Of a stretch of 64,000 nt of DNA, positions 12,223-30,297 are shown one piece after another. Position numbers and translations under genes: made by a program. The stretch is taken from contig OZ024741.1 in NCBI GenBank assembly GCA_964016885.1, positions 333,250,001 through 333,314,000 on the forward strand, given 5' to 3'. Origin of the DNA: Eledone cirrhosa. Taxonomy: Eukaryota. A model generated the notes under the pieces. The model was given only the letters and a program-made list of their open reading frames with translations. It was not told the origin of the DNA and did not search any database. Position 1 is the first letter of the stretch; every line of letters starts with the position of its first letter.

Positions 12223-12678
12223 GTAAGTATGTATGTATGTATACGTACATACATATATGTATACAGACGTACAGTAGTATGTATATATATACACATATGC
12301 ACACATATATATATATGCACGTATCGGTTTACCGAACATTTATTATAATGCTCGGTTTGTTTGTTTGTAAACAAACAAACAAACAGCCCGAACTACGCCA
12401 TACAGTGTTTAGGCAACCACGTCACCTTTTTGTTCAACACTGACACAGGAACGATGTACTAGTTTCAAGCTTATTAGCTATCGTCAGCATCGTATACCTT
12501 CCTCCCAGATGGTTGAACGTCTGAAAGTATATACTTTCCTTATGCATATTAACGGCTGAGCAGCCTAATTTCCATATCGCGTGAGTTCAGTCGGCCGGGC
12601 ACACCGAAAACGATAAATGGAATAGAATGAAAGTGCCGTACTAAGAGTGAGAAATGAAATTTCGTTTCATTCTATTCT
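12223..12678. mobile_element. Family 3 non-coding HHR element (retrozyme/mini-PLE-like), copy A
   Basis: Homologous to 17427-18188, 57268-58026 and 62602-63070. Minus arm 12223-12631 plus inverted tail 12632-12678; embedded in (TA)n. Confidence 0.85.
12451..12493 (-). ncRNA. Type I hammerhead ribozyme, family 3
   Basis: ACGAUG CUGACGA U AGCU AAUA AGCU U GAAA CUAG UA CAUCGU: perfect 6-bp stem I and palindromic ACUAGU stem III (dimer-competent). Confidence 0.88.
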
Positions 12679-12859
12679 ATATGTATATATATATATGTAT
12701 ATATGTATATGTATATATATATGTATATGTATATATATATGAATATGTATATGTATATATATATGTATATATATATGTATATATATATGTATATATATAT
12801 GTATATATATATGTATATATATATGTATATATATATGTATATATATATGTATATATATA

Positions 12860-15060
12860 GTAATAATAATAAATTTGAAGACTAAAATCCAAAGAGGGCT
12901 CGATAAGGATAAATATATATCAAATATATAAGAACCGTAGAGCAAATATTTATTAAAATAACAGATTAAAGTTTAAGCAAAGAATCGCTGCTTTCACCCT
13001 TAACGGGATCTTCTGAAACTAACAAAGTCAATCTGTAAACGCAGAACTGGATATTTCAAAAAACGTTGCAACCGGAGGAAGACAGGAAGACGATACTTTG
13101 GTTCGTGGAAACGTTCGCTGGCAAAGAACGGGAAAAAACGAATAATACGTCATTAATAGGAGCGGTGAAAAACAATTACGCGCAAAGACAGAACCACGTT
13201 TATGGTATAAAAGAGGTCGTAGACTAATGTTCTCTTAGGTGGTGCATAGAGACGTTCTCTGGCAATGAACCAATAAACCGAAGATAATACGTCATATGTG
13301 GAGCGTGGAGAACAATAGCACGCAAAGACAAAACCACGTAAATGGTATAGCAGAAGTCGTAGACTAAAATTCTAACTAGGAGACCAAATGAATCTCCGCT
13401 ACAGAGTTAAGAACAGTAAATAAATACAATACAGAAGTAATAGAAATAAATAAATACATACACGCAAACAAATACGTACATACACAAGCATACGCAAAAC
13501 CTTACCATAGGTATACAAAACCACGCACATATAAATATGTGTGTGTGTGTATGCGTGTATACAAATAAATAAATAATTATATAAACGTATATAAATATAT
13601 AAATACGTATATAACAAGCGCACACACATACCTACATATAAATACACGAATGTTCGGAGACGTAGGTCAACTAAAACAAGAAGTACACAATACACACACC
13701 CACCATACGTACGAACCTGCATACTCACACAGACGCAAAACTCCCGTATACACATAGCCAAACCCTATGTACCAGAATATATAAAATTATACGCCAAAAC
13801 AATCAAATATACGTACGAGAAGGTATACGTACCTTCACAAAACAAACGGGTAATACATACTTACCTATGCAAATAAGTAAAGGAATAAACAAAACATATA
13901 CTTAGCTCCCACATCAAGACGTAAAATATCCACGTATAGATCGTACTCTCCGTTAGGGTATAAAGTGGGGCTGTAATACAGGAAAGTTATGTGCAATTTA
14001 TGTTTACAAGCCGAAATTGCCTCAGATTTTTTGTTTAAGATGTGGTCTGTGGCGTAGAGTATTTCCAGGGCCTCAGCGGCGCAGAGGTCACATGATCTTT
14101 TATTTCCGTTATACGATCTAGCCCTAGCTAGGATCTCACAGTGTAACTTATATTGGGTGTGGTTGTCTTTTAGACTCCAGATATAAGCTGAAAGTGACGT
14201 CATATTCCTTCTTAGAGGGTAACGAAAAGAATGGGTATGCATGTAAAGTCGCTGCTTGAAACTATTGGCGGTTAACCCTATGTAGGCCCTACGGGACGTG
14301 GGTGTTACAACCTTACATTTGTAGACAATGTTACTAGAGAGGCATTTCCCGGATATGGGGCAATCAGCCCGATTCCTACAATTACAGTTAGTACTAACTA
14401 CAGGGTTGCACGTGTTCCTACGGCTAGGTAGTTTAGCTAAATTTGAAGCTGTGATGTTATGTGCAAGGTTAGGAGTCGTAGAGTAAAAAATTTTAATAAT
14501 ATTTCTATTAAAAATTTTACTATATTTATGTGTAGGGGGAAAATGCTTCGTAATAAGGGAAAGAAAGATCTTAGCTAATGGTGTGGCCACCTCCATATTA
14601 TATGGTGGGTTATACTAACAAATTCGACGGGATCTATTTCTTATAGGTCTATTTTCGTACTCAGTATAAGCTACCTTATCGACAAATCCACTTCGAGCAA
14701 GAGCTTCATTGTAATAAGTGGAATGGTCGTTGAAAATACGCTCGTTGGTGGAAAGACGGGAAAGCCTCAACGAAACGTTTCTTACCAGGTTCTTGGTTAT
14801 GCTGGCAGGATGGTTGGAATGCTTACTTATGTAATTAAGCGTATCATTCGGCTTTCTATACGGGTAATACAATCCATTCAATAAATTGAGGGTAACGTCG
14901 AGGTAATTAACAACCGAGAGATTGGCCTCAATCTGTATAGAGAGGTTGAAGCCTTTAAAGAAGGCTGTGAGTTCTTTTCTGAACCTGTCGCAAGCACGAG
15001 GTCCGCACTTAGTCATGGTCAAAAGACCATCGTCACGGTACAAGCCACCGCCTGCGATAT
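12860..15060 (-). mobile_element. Penelope-like retroelement (Hydra-clade-like), 5'-truncated: RT C-half + GIY-YIG + 1-kb 3' region
   Basis: GGGLYRDDGL..NYLDVTLNL..YRKPND in 14615-15060, then frameshift to CNCRNRADCPISGKCL..NIVYKC..YIGLT..FKQR..H..SF..LSAYIW..CDLC..LNKKSE..CKH in 13865-14596. Clade assigned from recalled motifs only. Confidence 0.88.
12970..13020 (-). ncRNA. Hammerhead ribozyme in the PLE pseudo-LTR (U4A core variant)
   Basis: AGUUU CAGAAGA U CCC GUUAA GGG U GAAA GCAG CGAUUCU UUGC UU AAACU: all three stems pair. Confidence 0.7.
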
Positions 15061-15171
15061 GTGAGAAAAAATGTGAGATATATATGAGAGATATATATGT
15101 GAGAAAATATATGAGATATATATGTGAGATATATATGTGAGAAAAACCACAGACCCTCCATCTCAACTCTA

Positions 15172-15207
15172 CTTTTGAAAAGCAGAAGAACTGCGAAACG
15201 GGTAAAG
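15172..15207 (+). ncRNA. Candidate hammerhead with U3-A8 compensatory core
   Basis: CUU UUGAAAA GCAG AAGAA CUGC GAAA CGGG UA AAG; stem I is only 3 bp. Confidence 0.5.
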
Positions 15208-15347
15208 GAACCAAATAAATATATATATATTTAAACAAAAAATAAGACTCCAGTTGCATTTTCGATTTCATCTTTTTTTCTTTATACTTTCACTCGTGTA
15301 GTACACCTCGGTTATTTTTCATTTTGTAAAAAAAACCTCACTTTCTA

Positions 15348-15360
15348 ATATATATATATG

Positions 15361-15391
<31 letters not shown>

Positions 15392-15552
15392 GTATATATA
15401 TATATGTATATATATGTATATATATATGTATATATATATATATATGTGTATATATATATGTATATATATATGTATATATATATATATATATATGTATATG
15501 TATATATATATGTATATATATATGTATATGTATATGTATATATGTATATGTG

Positions 15553-15601
<49 letters not shown>

Positions 15602-15602
15602 G

Positions 15603-15633
<31 letters not shown>

Positions 15634-15637
15634 GTAT

Positions 15638-15669
<32 letters not shown>

Positions 15670-15670
15670 G

Positions 15671-15701
<31 letters not shown>

Positions 15702-15942
15702 ATATATTTATATATATATGTATATGTATATATATATATATGTGTATATGTATATGTATATGTATATATATATGTATATATATATATGTATATATATATA
15801 TGTATGTGTATATATGTTTATATGTATATATATATATATGTATATGTATATATATGTATATATGTATATATGTATATATATGTATATATGTATATATTTA
15901 TATATGTATATATATGTATATATATATATGTGTATATATATG

Positions 15943-15975
<33 letters not shown>

Positions 15976-16006
15976 GTATGTGTAATTGTATGTATATATG
16001 TATATG

Positions 16007-16038
<32 letters not shown>

Positions 16039-16180
16039 TATATATGTATATATATATATGTATATGTATATATATATATGTATATATATATATGTATATA
16101 TATGTATATGTATATGTATATATATATATGTATATATATGTATATATATATATATATGTATATGTATATGTATATATATG

Positions 16181-16235
<55 letters not shown>

Positions 16236-16336
16236 GTATATGTATATATATATATGTATATATGTATATATATGTATATATATATATGTATATATATGTA
16301 TATATATATATGTATATATATATATGTATATATATG

Positions 16337-16367
<31 letters not shown>

Positions 16368-16455
16368 GTATATGTATATATATATGTATATATATGTATA
16401 TATATATATGTATATATATATATGTATATATATGTATATATATATATGTATATAT

Positions 16456-16487
<32 letters not shown>

Positions 16488-16568
16488 GTATATGTATATA
16501 TATATATGTATATGTATATATATATGTATATATATATATATATATGTATATGTATATATATATGTATA
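15348..16568. repeat. (TA)n/(TATG)n microsatellite
   Basis: Visible directly in the sequence. Confidence 0.97.
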
Positions 16569-17206
16569 TCTATATATATAAAACTGAGGTTGTCTGTCTG
16601 TCTATCGATTTTTGGCACACATCTCCTCTTAGAATCTCTCACGGAATTGCACCGAAATTGCTATACTTGTACATTGAGCCCTAGCGAAGACATCGGAAAA
16701 AAATATTTCAAATTGACCCGCCCTATCTGACGAAATCGAATATAATGTATCGATTTTTGAGCGTAAGTGATCAGTTATTTCCCTTTGTTCTGTTTACATT
16801 GAGCGTCTGCGTGCAAAAATTAAAAAAATTACGCTGGCTTTCTCAGCGTTTAAAATGACATTAACACAATACACGAACAGTTGTCGAGCCAGCAAAATTT
16901 TGACCTGCAAAATTCATCAGTTCGAACACTAAACTTCCGTTTTGCTTCATTTCCATTTAAAAGCCTTTTAAAACAATATTTTTACTTGAAAACAAGTCTA
17001 TTTAAAGACTAAGTAAAACAAGCAAATATTTCGTAAAAAAAAGCAAAAATTATATAAGTTTATTTAAAATATATGTATCTGTAAATTTCGTTAGGCGTGC
17101 AGACAGACAGTCGTGCAGACAGACTTTAAGCCAAAAAAGAAACTTAACATTGTAACTTTAACACAGCTACTGAGCGACCCCGAGCAACGCCGGGCTTTAC
17201 TGCTAG
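16569..17206 (+). mobile_element. Non-autonomous Helitron
   Basis: 5' TC(TATATATATAAAAC) followed by (GTCT)n. 3' GC-rich hairpin CCCGAGCAACGCCGGG about 8 nt before the terminal CTAG. Inserted between A and T with no TSD. Confidence 0.8.
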
Positions 17207-17260
17207 TGTATATATATATGTATATATGTATATATATATTATTTAAAAAAACGAAAAATC

Positions 17261-17379
17261 ATTCTACTTCTGCGGGTTCTTTCAGACACGGGTGTTATGT
17301 CCGGAGCACATTTTATCACAGTGATAAAATTTGCTCCGGACATAACACCCGTGTCTGAAAGAACCCGCAGAAGTAGAAT
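17261..17379. repeat. Near-perfect 119-bp palindrome
   Basis: ATTCTACTTCTGCGGG...TATCAC A GTGATA...CCCGCAGAAGTAGAAT, with one mismatch seen. Confidence 0.9.
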
Positions 17380-17440
17380 CAGCCAGATCCATACAAGGAC
17401 CATGACTCAAGCTACCTGCCAGCGAAACACTGACACAGGA

Positions 17441-17483
17441 ACGATGTACTAGTTTCAAGCTTGTTAGCTATCATCAGCACCGT
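17441..17483 (-). ncRNA. Hammerhead ribozyme, family 3
   Basis: ACGGUG CUGAUGA U AGCU AACA AGCU U GAAA CUAG UA CAUCGU. Confidence 0.88.
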
Positions 17484-17722
17484 ATACCCATCTGCCAGAT
17501 AGTTGAACGTTCGAAAGTATATACTTTCCTTATGAAAATTAACGGCTGAGCAGCCTAATTTGCATATCGAGTGAGCTAAGTCGGTCAGGCATACCGAAAA
17601 CGATAAGTTGAAATAAAATTAAAACGAAATTTCATTTCTCACTCTTAGTACGGCACTTACTTAAATGTAAGTATGTATGTATACGTACATACATATATGT
17701 ATACAGACGTACAGTAGCATGC

Positions 17723-17754
<32 letters not shown>

Positions 17755-17899
17755 ACATACAGGTACACATACATATATGCACGTATCAGTTTAGCGGACG
17801 CTTATTATAACGCCGCTTTGTTCGTTTGTAAACAAACTGAACAGCTTGAATTTTTATGTCGTACGGTGTTAAGGCAACCACGTCACCTTTTTGTTCAAC

Positions 17900-17942
17900 A
17901 CGGTGCTGATGATAGCTAACAAGCTTGAAACTAGTACATCGT
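17900..17942 (+). ncRNA. Hammerhead ribozyme, family 3
   Basis: Same sequence as the 17441 copy, on the plus strand; the arm begins at the first base of stem I. Confidence 0.88.
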
Positions 17943-18096
17943 TCCTGTGTCAGTGTTGAACAAAAAGGTGACGTGGTTGCCTTAACACCGTACCTCATAA
18001 AAATTCAGGTTGTTCAGTTTGTTTACAAACGAACAAAGCGGCGTTATAATAAGCGTCCGCTAAACTGATACGTGCATATATGTATGTGTACCTGTA

Positions 18097-18127
<31 letters not shown>

Positions 18128-18196
18128 GTATATGCATGCTACTGTACGTCTGTATACATATATGTATGTACGTATACACACATACTTACATTTATG

Positions 18197-18362
<166 letters not shown>

Positions 18363-18459
18363 TGTATGTATATATATATATATATATATGTATATAAAAT
18401 ATTAAAAAAATAATGAATAAAACAATGAAACAGTTCCTTATATTAAACAAAAAAAGTTC

Positions 18460-18608
18460 ATTATTTAACGATCGTTTCTAGGATATATATGTGTTAGAAT
18501 TGGCATGCATATTCAACAGATCTATGTACAAAATTATACAAAATTATACAAACTATCAAAATTAAATATACATACCAAACACATATATATGCCGTCTTCA
18601 GAAATAAT
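18460..18608 (-). ncRNA. Hammerhead ribozyme, family 4 (mirror copy)
   Basis: Reverse complement of 18607-18755. Confidence 0.72.
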
Positions 18609-18755
18609 TATTTCTGAAGACGGCATATATATGTGTTTGGTATGTATATTTAATTTTGATAGTTTGTATAATTTTGTATAATTTTGTACATAGATCTGTT
18701 GAATATGCATGCCAATTCTAACACATATATATCCTAGAAACGATCGTTAAATAAT
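18607..18755 (+). ncRNA. Hammerhead ribozyme with ~115-nt extended stem II, family 4
   Basis: AUUAUUU CUGAAGA [long hairpin: AUAUAUAUGUGUU/AACACAUAUAUAU and UGGUAUGUAUAUU/AAUAUGCAUGCCA] GAAA CGAUCG UU AAAUAAU. 7-bp stem I and palindromic ACGAUCGU. Confidence 0.75.
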
Positions 18756-18964
18756 GAACTTTTTTTGTTTAATATAAGGAACTGTTTCATTGTTTTATTC
18801 ATTATTTTTTTAATATTTTATCTTGACTCTGTATTCCGTTTATCTTTCACCGAAAGTGATTTTTCATTGCATCTCTTCTTTCCATGATATCCGGATTACA
18901 TTGAGTTCTTCATACGGATTGGACACTACCGTAAACTCTTGGTAGATTTATCTACATATATATG

Positions 18965-19133
<169 letters not shown>

Positions 19134-19348
19134 TTCGTTTCTGAATTTGTTTAGCAAGATTCTTTATCTGAAATCGTGTGTTGAAACCGATATTGTTATA
19201 CTTTGGGAGGGTCATGTTGCCAATAAGAAACACACGCACCAGTTGCTTTCACTTCAATTTAATTTAATATATATTTATAAATTTACAAATTTATAAATTT
19301 CTGGTTGGTTGGTTGGTTCCACAACCAGATAGTTGTTTATATATATAT

Positions 19349-19393
19349 AGTCATAGTTCTTTCGTCACACACTCTGTGACCTCTTCAGTGACT
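19349..19393 (-). ncRNA. Hammerhead ribozyme, family 1 (mirror copy)
   Basis: Reverse complement of 20915-20959. Confidence 0.85.
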
Positions 19394-19689
19394 GGGGATT
19401 TCTTTCTTCGTTTCTGTGCCTTTCCTTTCTTCTATCCTACGCCATTTTGTTTGTGTGTGGGTTGCGTGCTCAGTTTGCGCATGCGCCACATCCGGGTGTC
19501 TGTGTGTGTTTGTGTTCATTTTTCTATTTTTCTATTTATATTTGTTTGTTTATTTATTTATTTATTGTTGGTTGGTTGTTTGTTCTATGTGTGTGTGTGT
19601 TTTCATTTTGTCTTGTGTGTGTTTTCATTTTGTGTGTGTTTTCAATTGTAAGTTGTTTATATGTGTGTGTGTGTGTTTTCATTTTGTCC

Positions 19690-20149
19690 TTAATTGTAAG
19701 TTGTGATGTTGCTGTTCCACTCATATTTTCTATTTAATTTTGGTTTTAATTCTTTTATGCTTACTGCCTCTGTAATTTGCCTAAACATTGCGTCTTTCTT
19801 GTGTGTGGATTCTATTTTTATTTCTATGCTCTCTAATTTACCCCTGTGTTCTATCTTAGCATGTTGGTAGAGCACAGATGATTCTTTACTATCTTGGAGG
19901 TCTCGCCAGTGTTCATTTATTCGTTCCCCTATACTACGAGCTGTCTCACCTATGTACACTATATTTTTGTTTCTACATTGTCCCTCAGTACATCTTATGC
20001 TATATACTACATTTCTAGTTTTACAGTTAATATGGGGGCTTATTTTACAGGTTATACATTTCTTATCTATACATGAGGGTCTTTGGAACGGGTATGTCTT
20101 GCTAATAAGTGTTTTTACGGAGGTACCAGGTATTTCTACTATCTTAATA
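19690..20149 (-). pseudogene. PLE GIY-YIG endonuclease C-terminal fragment (mirror)
   Basis: Reverse complement of 20159-20618. Confidence 0.85.
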
Positions 20150-20156
20150 CTATCTC

Positions 20157-20618
20157 AATATTAAGATAGTAGAAAGACCTGGTACCTCCGTAAAAACACT
20201 TATTAGCAAGACATACCCGTTCCAAAGACCCTCATGTATAGATAAGAAATGTATAACCTGTAAAATAAGCCCCCATATTAACTGTAAAACTAGAAATGTA
20301 GTATATAGCATAAGATGTACTGAGGGACAATGTAGAAACAAAAATATAGTGTACATAGGTGAGACAGCTCGTAGTATAGGGGAACGAATAAATGAACACT
20401 GGCGAGACCTCCAAGATAGTAAAGAATCATCTGTGCTCTACCAACATGCTAAGATAGAACACAGGGGTAAATTAGAGAGCATAGAAATAAAAATAGAATC
20501 CACACACAAGAAAGACGCAATGTTTAGGCAAATTACAGAGGCAGTAAGTATAAAAGAATTAAAACCAAAATTAAATAGAAAATATGAGTGGAACAGCAAC
20601 ATCACAACTTACAATTAA
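20157..20618 (+). pseudogene. PLE Cys-rich linker + GIY-YIG endonuclease (Naiad-like), 5'-truncated
   Basis: The frame extends upstream of the listed ORF: NIKIVERPGTSVKTLISKTYPFQRPSCIDKKCITCKISPHINCKTRNVVYSIRCTEGQCRNKNIVYIGETARS..R..EH..RQITEAVSI..LNRKYEW. Clade assigned from recalled motifs. Confidence 0.87.
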
Positions 20619-20810
20619 GGACAAAATGAAAACACACACACACACATATAAACAACTTACAATTGAAAACACACACAAAATGAAAACACACACAAGACAA
20701 AATGAAAACACACACACACATAGAACAAACAACCAACCAACAATAAATAAATAAATAAACAAACAAATATAAATAGAAAAATAGAAAAATGAACACAAAC
20801 ACACACAGAC

Positions 20811-20869
20811 ACCCGGATGTGGCGCATGCGCAAACTGAGCACGCAACCCACACACAAACAAAATGGCGT
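20811..20869 (+). promoter_or_regulatory. Candidate pseudo-LTR promoter motif cluster (ETS, NRF1, YY1)
   Basis: ACCCGGATGT, GCGCATGCGCA and CAAAATGGCG within 60 bp, about 45 bp upstream of the HHR. Confidence 0.5.
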
Positions 20870-20914
20870 AGGATAGAAGAAAGGAAAGGCACAGAAACGA
20901 AGAAAGAAATCCCC

Positions 20915-20959
20915 AGTCACTGAAGAGGTCACAGAGTGTGTGACGAAAGAACTATGACT
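20915..20959 (+). ncRNA. Type I minimal hammerhead ribozyme, family 1
   Basis: AGUCA CUGAAGA G GUCACA GAGUG UGUGAC GAAA GAAC UA UGACU. Confidence 0.85.
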
Positions 20960-21218
20960 ATATATATATAAACAACTATCTGGTTGTGGAACCAACCAAC
21001 CAACCAGAAATTTATAAATTTGTAAATTTATAAATATATATTAAATTAAATTGAAGTGAAAGCAACTGGTGCGTGTGTTTCTTATTGGCAACATGACCCT
21101 CCCAAAGTATAACAATATATATATATATATATGTATATATATATCCATGATATCCGGATTACATTGAGTTGTTCATATGGATTGGACACTACCGTAACCT
21201 TTTGGTAGATTTATCTAC

Positions 21219-23926
<2,708 letters not shown>

Positions 23927-24004
23927 TCTAGTCAAATCGGACCGAGGAAACTATGTTTCCGTTGGTCTTTCCAATTGCTAATACTATCTATCGGTCGCAA
24001 CTCC

Positions 24005-24354
24005 ATAAAAATGAAAGGCAGGTTATACGATGCCAGCATACGAACAGCAATGTTGCCTGGAGTGAGACTTGGGCATCGTGTGCAGAGGATATACGCAGAC
24101 TAGAGAGGAGCGAAGCTTGTATGCTCTGCTGGATGTGTAATAGTAATATACGTGAACGGCAAAACATAAACGAACTAAGGAAAAAATTAGAAATAAGAGG
24201 GATCAGATGTTGTTTCCTCGAGAGAAGGCTACGTTGGTATGGTCACGTGATGTGCATGAAAGACGACAGCTGTATAACAAAGTGCAGGGCAATAAAGATA
24301 GACGGTAGCCACGGAGTAGGCAGACCCAGAAAAACCTGGGACGAGCTGATAAAC
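24005..24354 (+). mobile_element. RTE-clade LINE 3' fragment (duplicate of about 27760-28109)
   Basis: MLCWMCN..LRKKLEIR..RRLRWYGHV..GRPRKTW; cut by the gap. Confidence 0.8.
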
Positions 24355-24554
24355 NNNNNNNNNNNNNNNNNNNNNNNNNNNNNNNNNNNNNNNNNNNNNN
24401 NNNNNNNNNNNNNNNNNNNNNNNNNNNNNNNNNNNNNNNNNNNNNNNNNNNNNNNNNNNNNNNNNNNNNNNNNNNNNNNNNNNNNNNNNNNNNNNNNNNN
24501 NNNNNNNNNNNNNNNNNNNNNNNNNNNNNNNNNNNNNNNNNNNNNNNNNNNNNN
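24355..24554. other. Assembly gap (200 N)
   Basis: N run. Confidence 1.
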
Positions 24555-28109
<3,555 letters not shown>

Positions 28110-28599
28110 TCCGACATCACACACTTACACCTCTCCAAGACAATGTCACTGGACCGAGACCTTTGGCGGTACTCAGTAATAGAGAAGACCCGCCTTACCT
28201 AAATACAAAGTAAAACCTACTACAATCAATAGGCATCTCTAACAAAATACACCCCCGTCCCACCACTCCCATCCCATCCACACCACCCCTTTCAATGTAA
28301 ATTTATGTTGGTGCCACAACATCCAGGCCGAAACAAATGAGATCGTGTAGGTGTCACAACAAAAAAACACACAGTCCACGCTGTAATGTGGCCGTGTACG
28401 CAACACAGTAAAAACCTCCCAGCCCCACACTGTAAATGTGGTTGGTTTTTAGGAAGGGCATCCAGCTGTAGAAAACCCGCCAGACAGTCCTATGCGAGCA
28501 ATGACAACCACTCTTACCTCAAGTGGGAAAACTCCCGTCCAAACCCATGCAAGCGTGGAACATGGACGTTAAACGATGATGATGATGATGATATATATA

Positions 28600-29262
28600 T
28601 GATTTTAGCACAACTAATTAGAGAAAGGGTCAAACTAGATGAGATGCAGTTTGGTTTTGTGCCTGGGAAGAGTACAACAGATGCTCTCTTCTTGGTGAGA
28701 CAATTGCAAGAGAGGTTCTTAGAGAAGAATAAGCCACTATACTTAGCCTTTGTTGACCTAGAGAAGGCCTTTGATAGGGTACCCCGATCTGTCATCTGGT
28801 GGTCCCTAAGGAAGCTAGGTGTTGAGGAATGGCTTGTGAGGACAGTGCAAACTTTGTACAGAGGTACTGTCAGTAAAGTCAGGGTAGGAATGGAGTTTAG
28901 TGAGGAATTCCAGATACAAGTAGGAGTACATCAGGGTTCGGTCCTCAGCCCGCTCTTGTTCATTATAGTCCTCCAAGCAATTCCTCAACACCTAGTCCAA
29001 ACTAATAAGATTGTGTAGGTGTCACAACAAAAAAACACACAGTCCACGCTGTAATGTGGCCGTGTAGGTAACACGGTAAAAACCTCCCAGTCCGCACTGT
29101 AAATGTGGTTGGTGTTTGGAAGGGCATCCAGCCGTAGAAAACCTGCCAGACAGTCCTATACGAGCAAGACAACCAATCTTGCCTCAAGTGGGAAAATTTC
29201 CGTCCAAACCCATGCTAGCGTGGAAGATGGACGTTAAACGATGATGATGATGATGATGATGA
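28600..29262 (+). mobile_element. Internally deleted RTE: RT fragment joined to 3'UTR
   Basis: MQFGFVPGKSTTDALF..FVDLEKAFDRVPR..GVHQGSVLSPLLF, then a 3'UTR homologous to 28335-28590. Confidence 0.88.
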
Positions 29263-29490
29263 TATTTTGTTGTGTGATATCCTGAAATACACTATATGTA
29301 CGATATTTTGTTTTGCAATATTCTGAAATACATTATATCTTCAATGTACAATATTTTGTTGTGTGATATCCTGAAATACGTTATATCTATGATATTTTGT
29401 TGTGTGATATCTTGTGAAATACATTATATGTACAATAATTTGCTATGTGATAGCATGTGAAATACATTATATCTACAATATTTTGTTGTG
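29262..29490. repeat. ~40-bp minisatellite (ATATTTTGTTGTGTGATATCCTGAAATACATTATAT..)
   Basis: About 5.5 copies. Confidence 0.85.
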
Positions 29491-30297
29491 TAGCAATTTG
29501 TAAAAGAGTAAGAATCTTATATATATTTTTTTGTTCACTGCTTTTACATCACACAGCAGAATAGGATAACATGAAAATATAGCAACACAATCAGAATCCA
29601 TAGATTACTCTAAGTTCTTTGGTTCTTTGAAAAGGGGAAAAAAAAAAAAAAAAAAGTTAAAGAAAAAAGAAAAAACATCCAATGAGAAGGAATTTAGTAT
29701 GTAGGGATACAGGATTTAATATTGATAAAATGGTTTTAGAGAATTGGATGAAGAAATAGTTGCAGCTGACTGGTGCCTAAGCAGAAGTAAATAAAAGAAG
29801 ACATTATAATGGTTTATGAAAAAAAAAAAAAAAAAAAAAAAACTATCAATGATAGGAGCAACATTAGTAAGGTAATTTCTACAGACTGCTCTAACATAAT
29901 TTGGCAAGCTAAAGTATATAAATACTAAATTACCAATGTAGTGAGGCTTATGAATAAATAAATATACATAGTTATATCTATACTATGGCTTACTATAGAA
30001 CATTATAGATTTTAGCTGTCACTCCATATTTAAACTACAGTATATATTCAAATAAAAGCCAAAATGGATATAAGCTGACCCTACTAATTTAAGTCTGAGA
30101 AATGAGCAAAAATTCAAACCTTATTTACATAGAATTTGAAGCTGGTGAAAATTGTCAAAATATTGATCCTGAATGTCAGCCGGACCCCCTGCCATTATAA
30201 ACAAAAAAAAAAAAAATAGGGACCAACTGGATTATAGTTTTCTTCAGGAACTGTTGACTAAATCATAACTATTCACTGCATTGGCCTGTTTTTTTTA

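Larger units (their letters stand above)
17427..18188. mobile_element. Family 3 element copy B: circularly permuted 470-bp monomer (-) plus inverted arm (+)
   Basis: Starts at AACACTGACAC, runs through the monomer junction at about 17665, returns to TTCAACAC at 17901, then folds back. Confidence 0.88.
18394..18955. mobile_element. PLE family 4 fold-back: 428-bp palindrome (18394-18821) plus 134-nt tail
   Basis: Axis at 18607/18608 with no spacer; flanked by (TA)n. The tail end recurs at 21145-21218. Confidence 0.85.
19135..21117. mobile_element. PLE family 1 fold-back: ~1.93-kb palindrome, axis about 20154, extra 56-nt tail on the left arm
   Basis: Mirror ORFs 19690-19959(-) and 20349-20618(+). 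At least two substitutions distinguish the arms. Confidence 0.92.

Noticed and set aside
20157-20915. Selenocysteine/SECIS as reported for some Naiad PLEs
   Set aside because: No in-frame TGA in the visible fragment and no SECIS-like hairpin recognised by eye.
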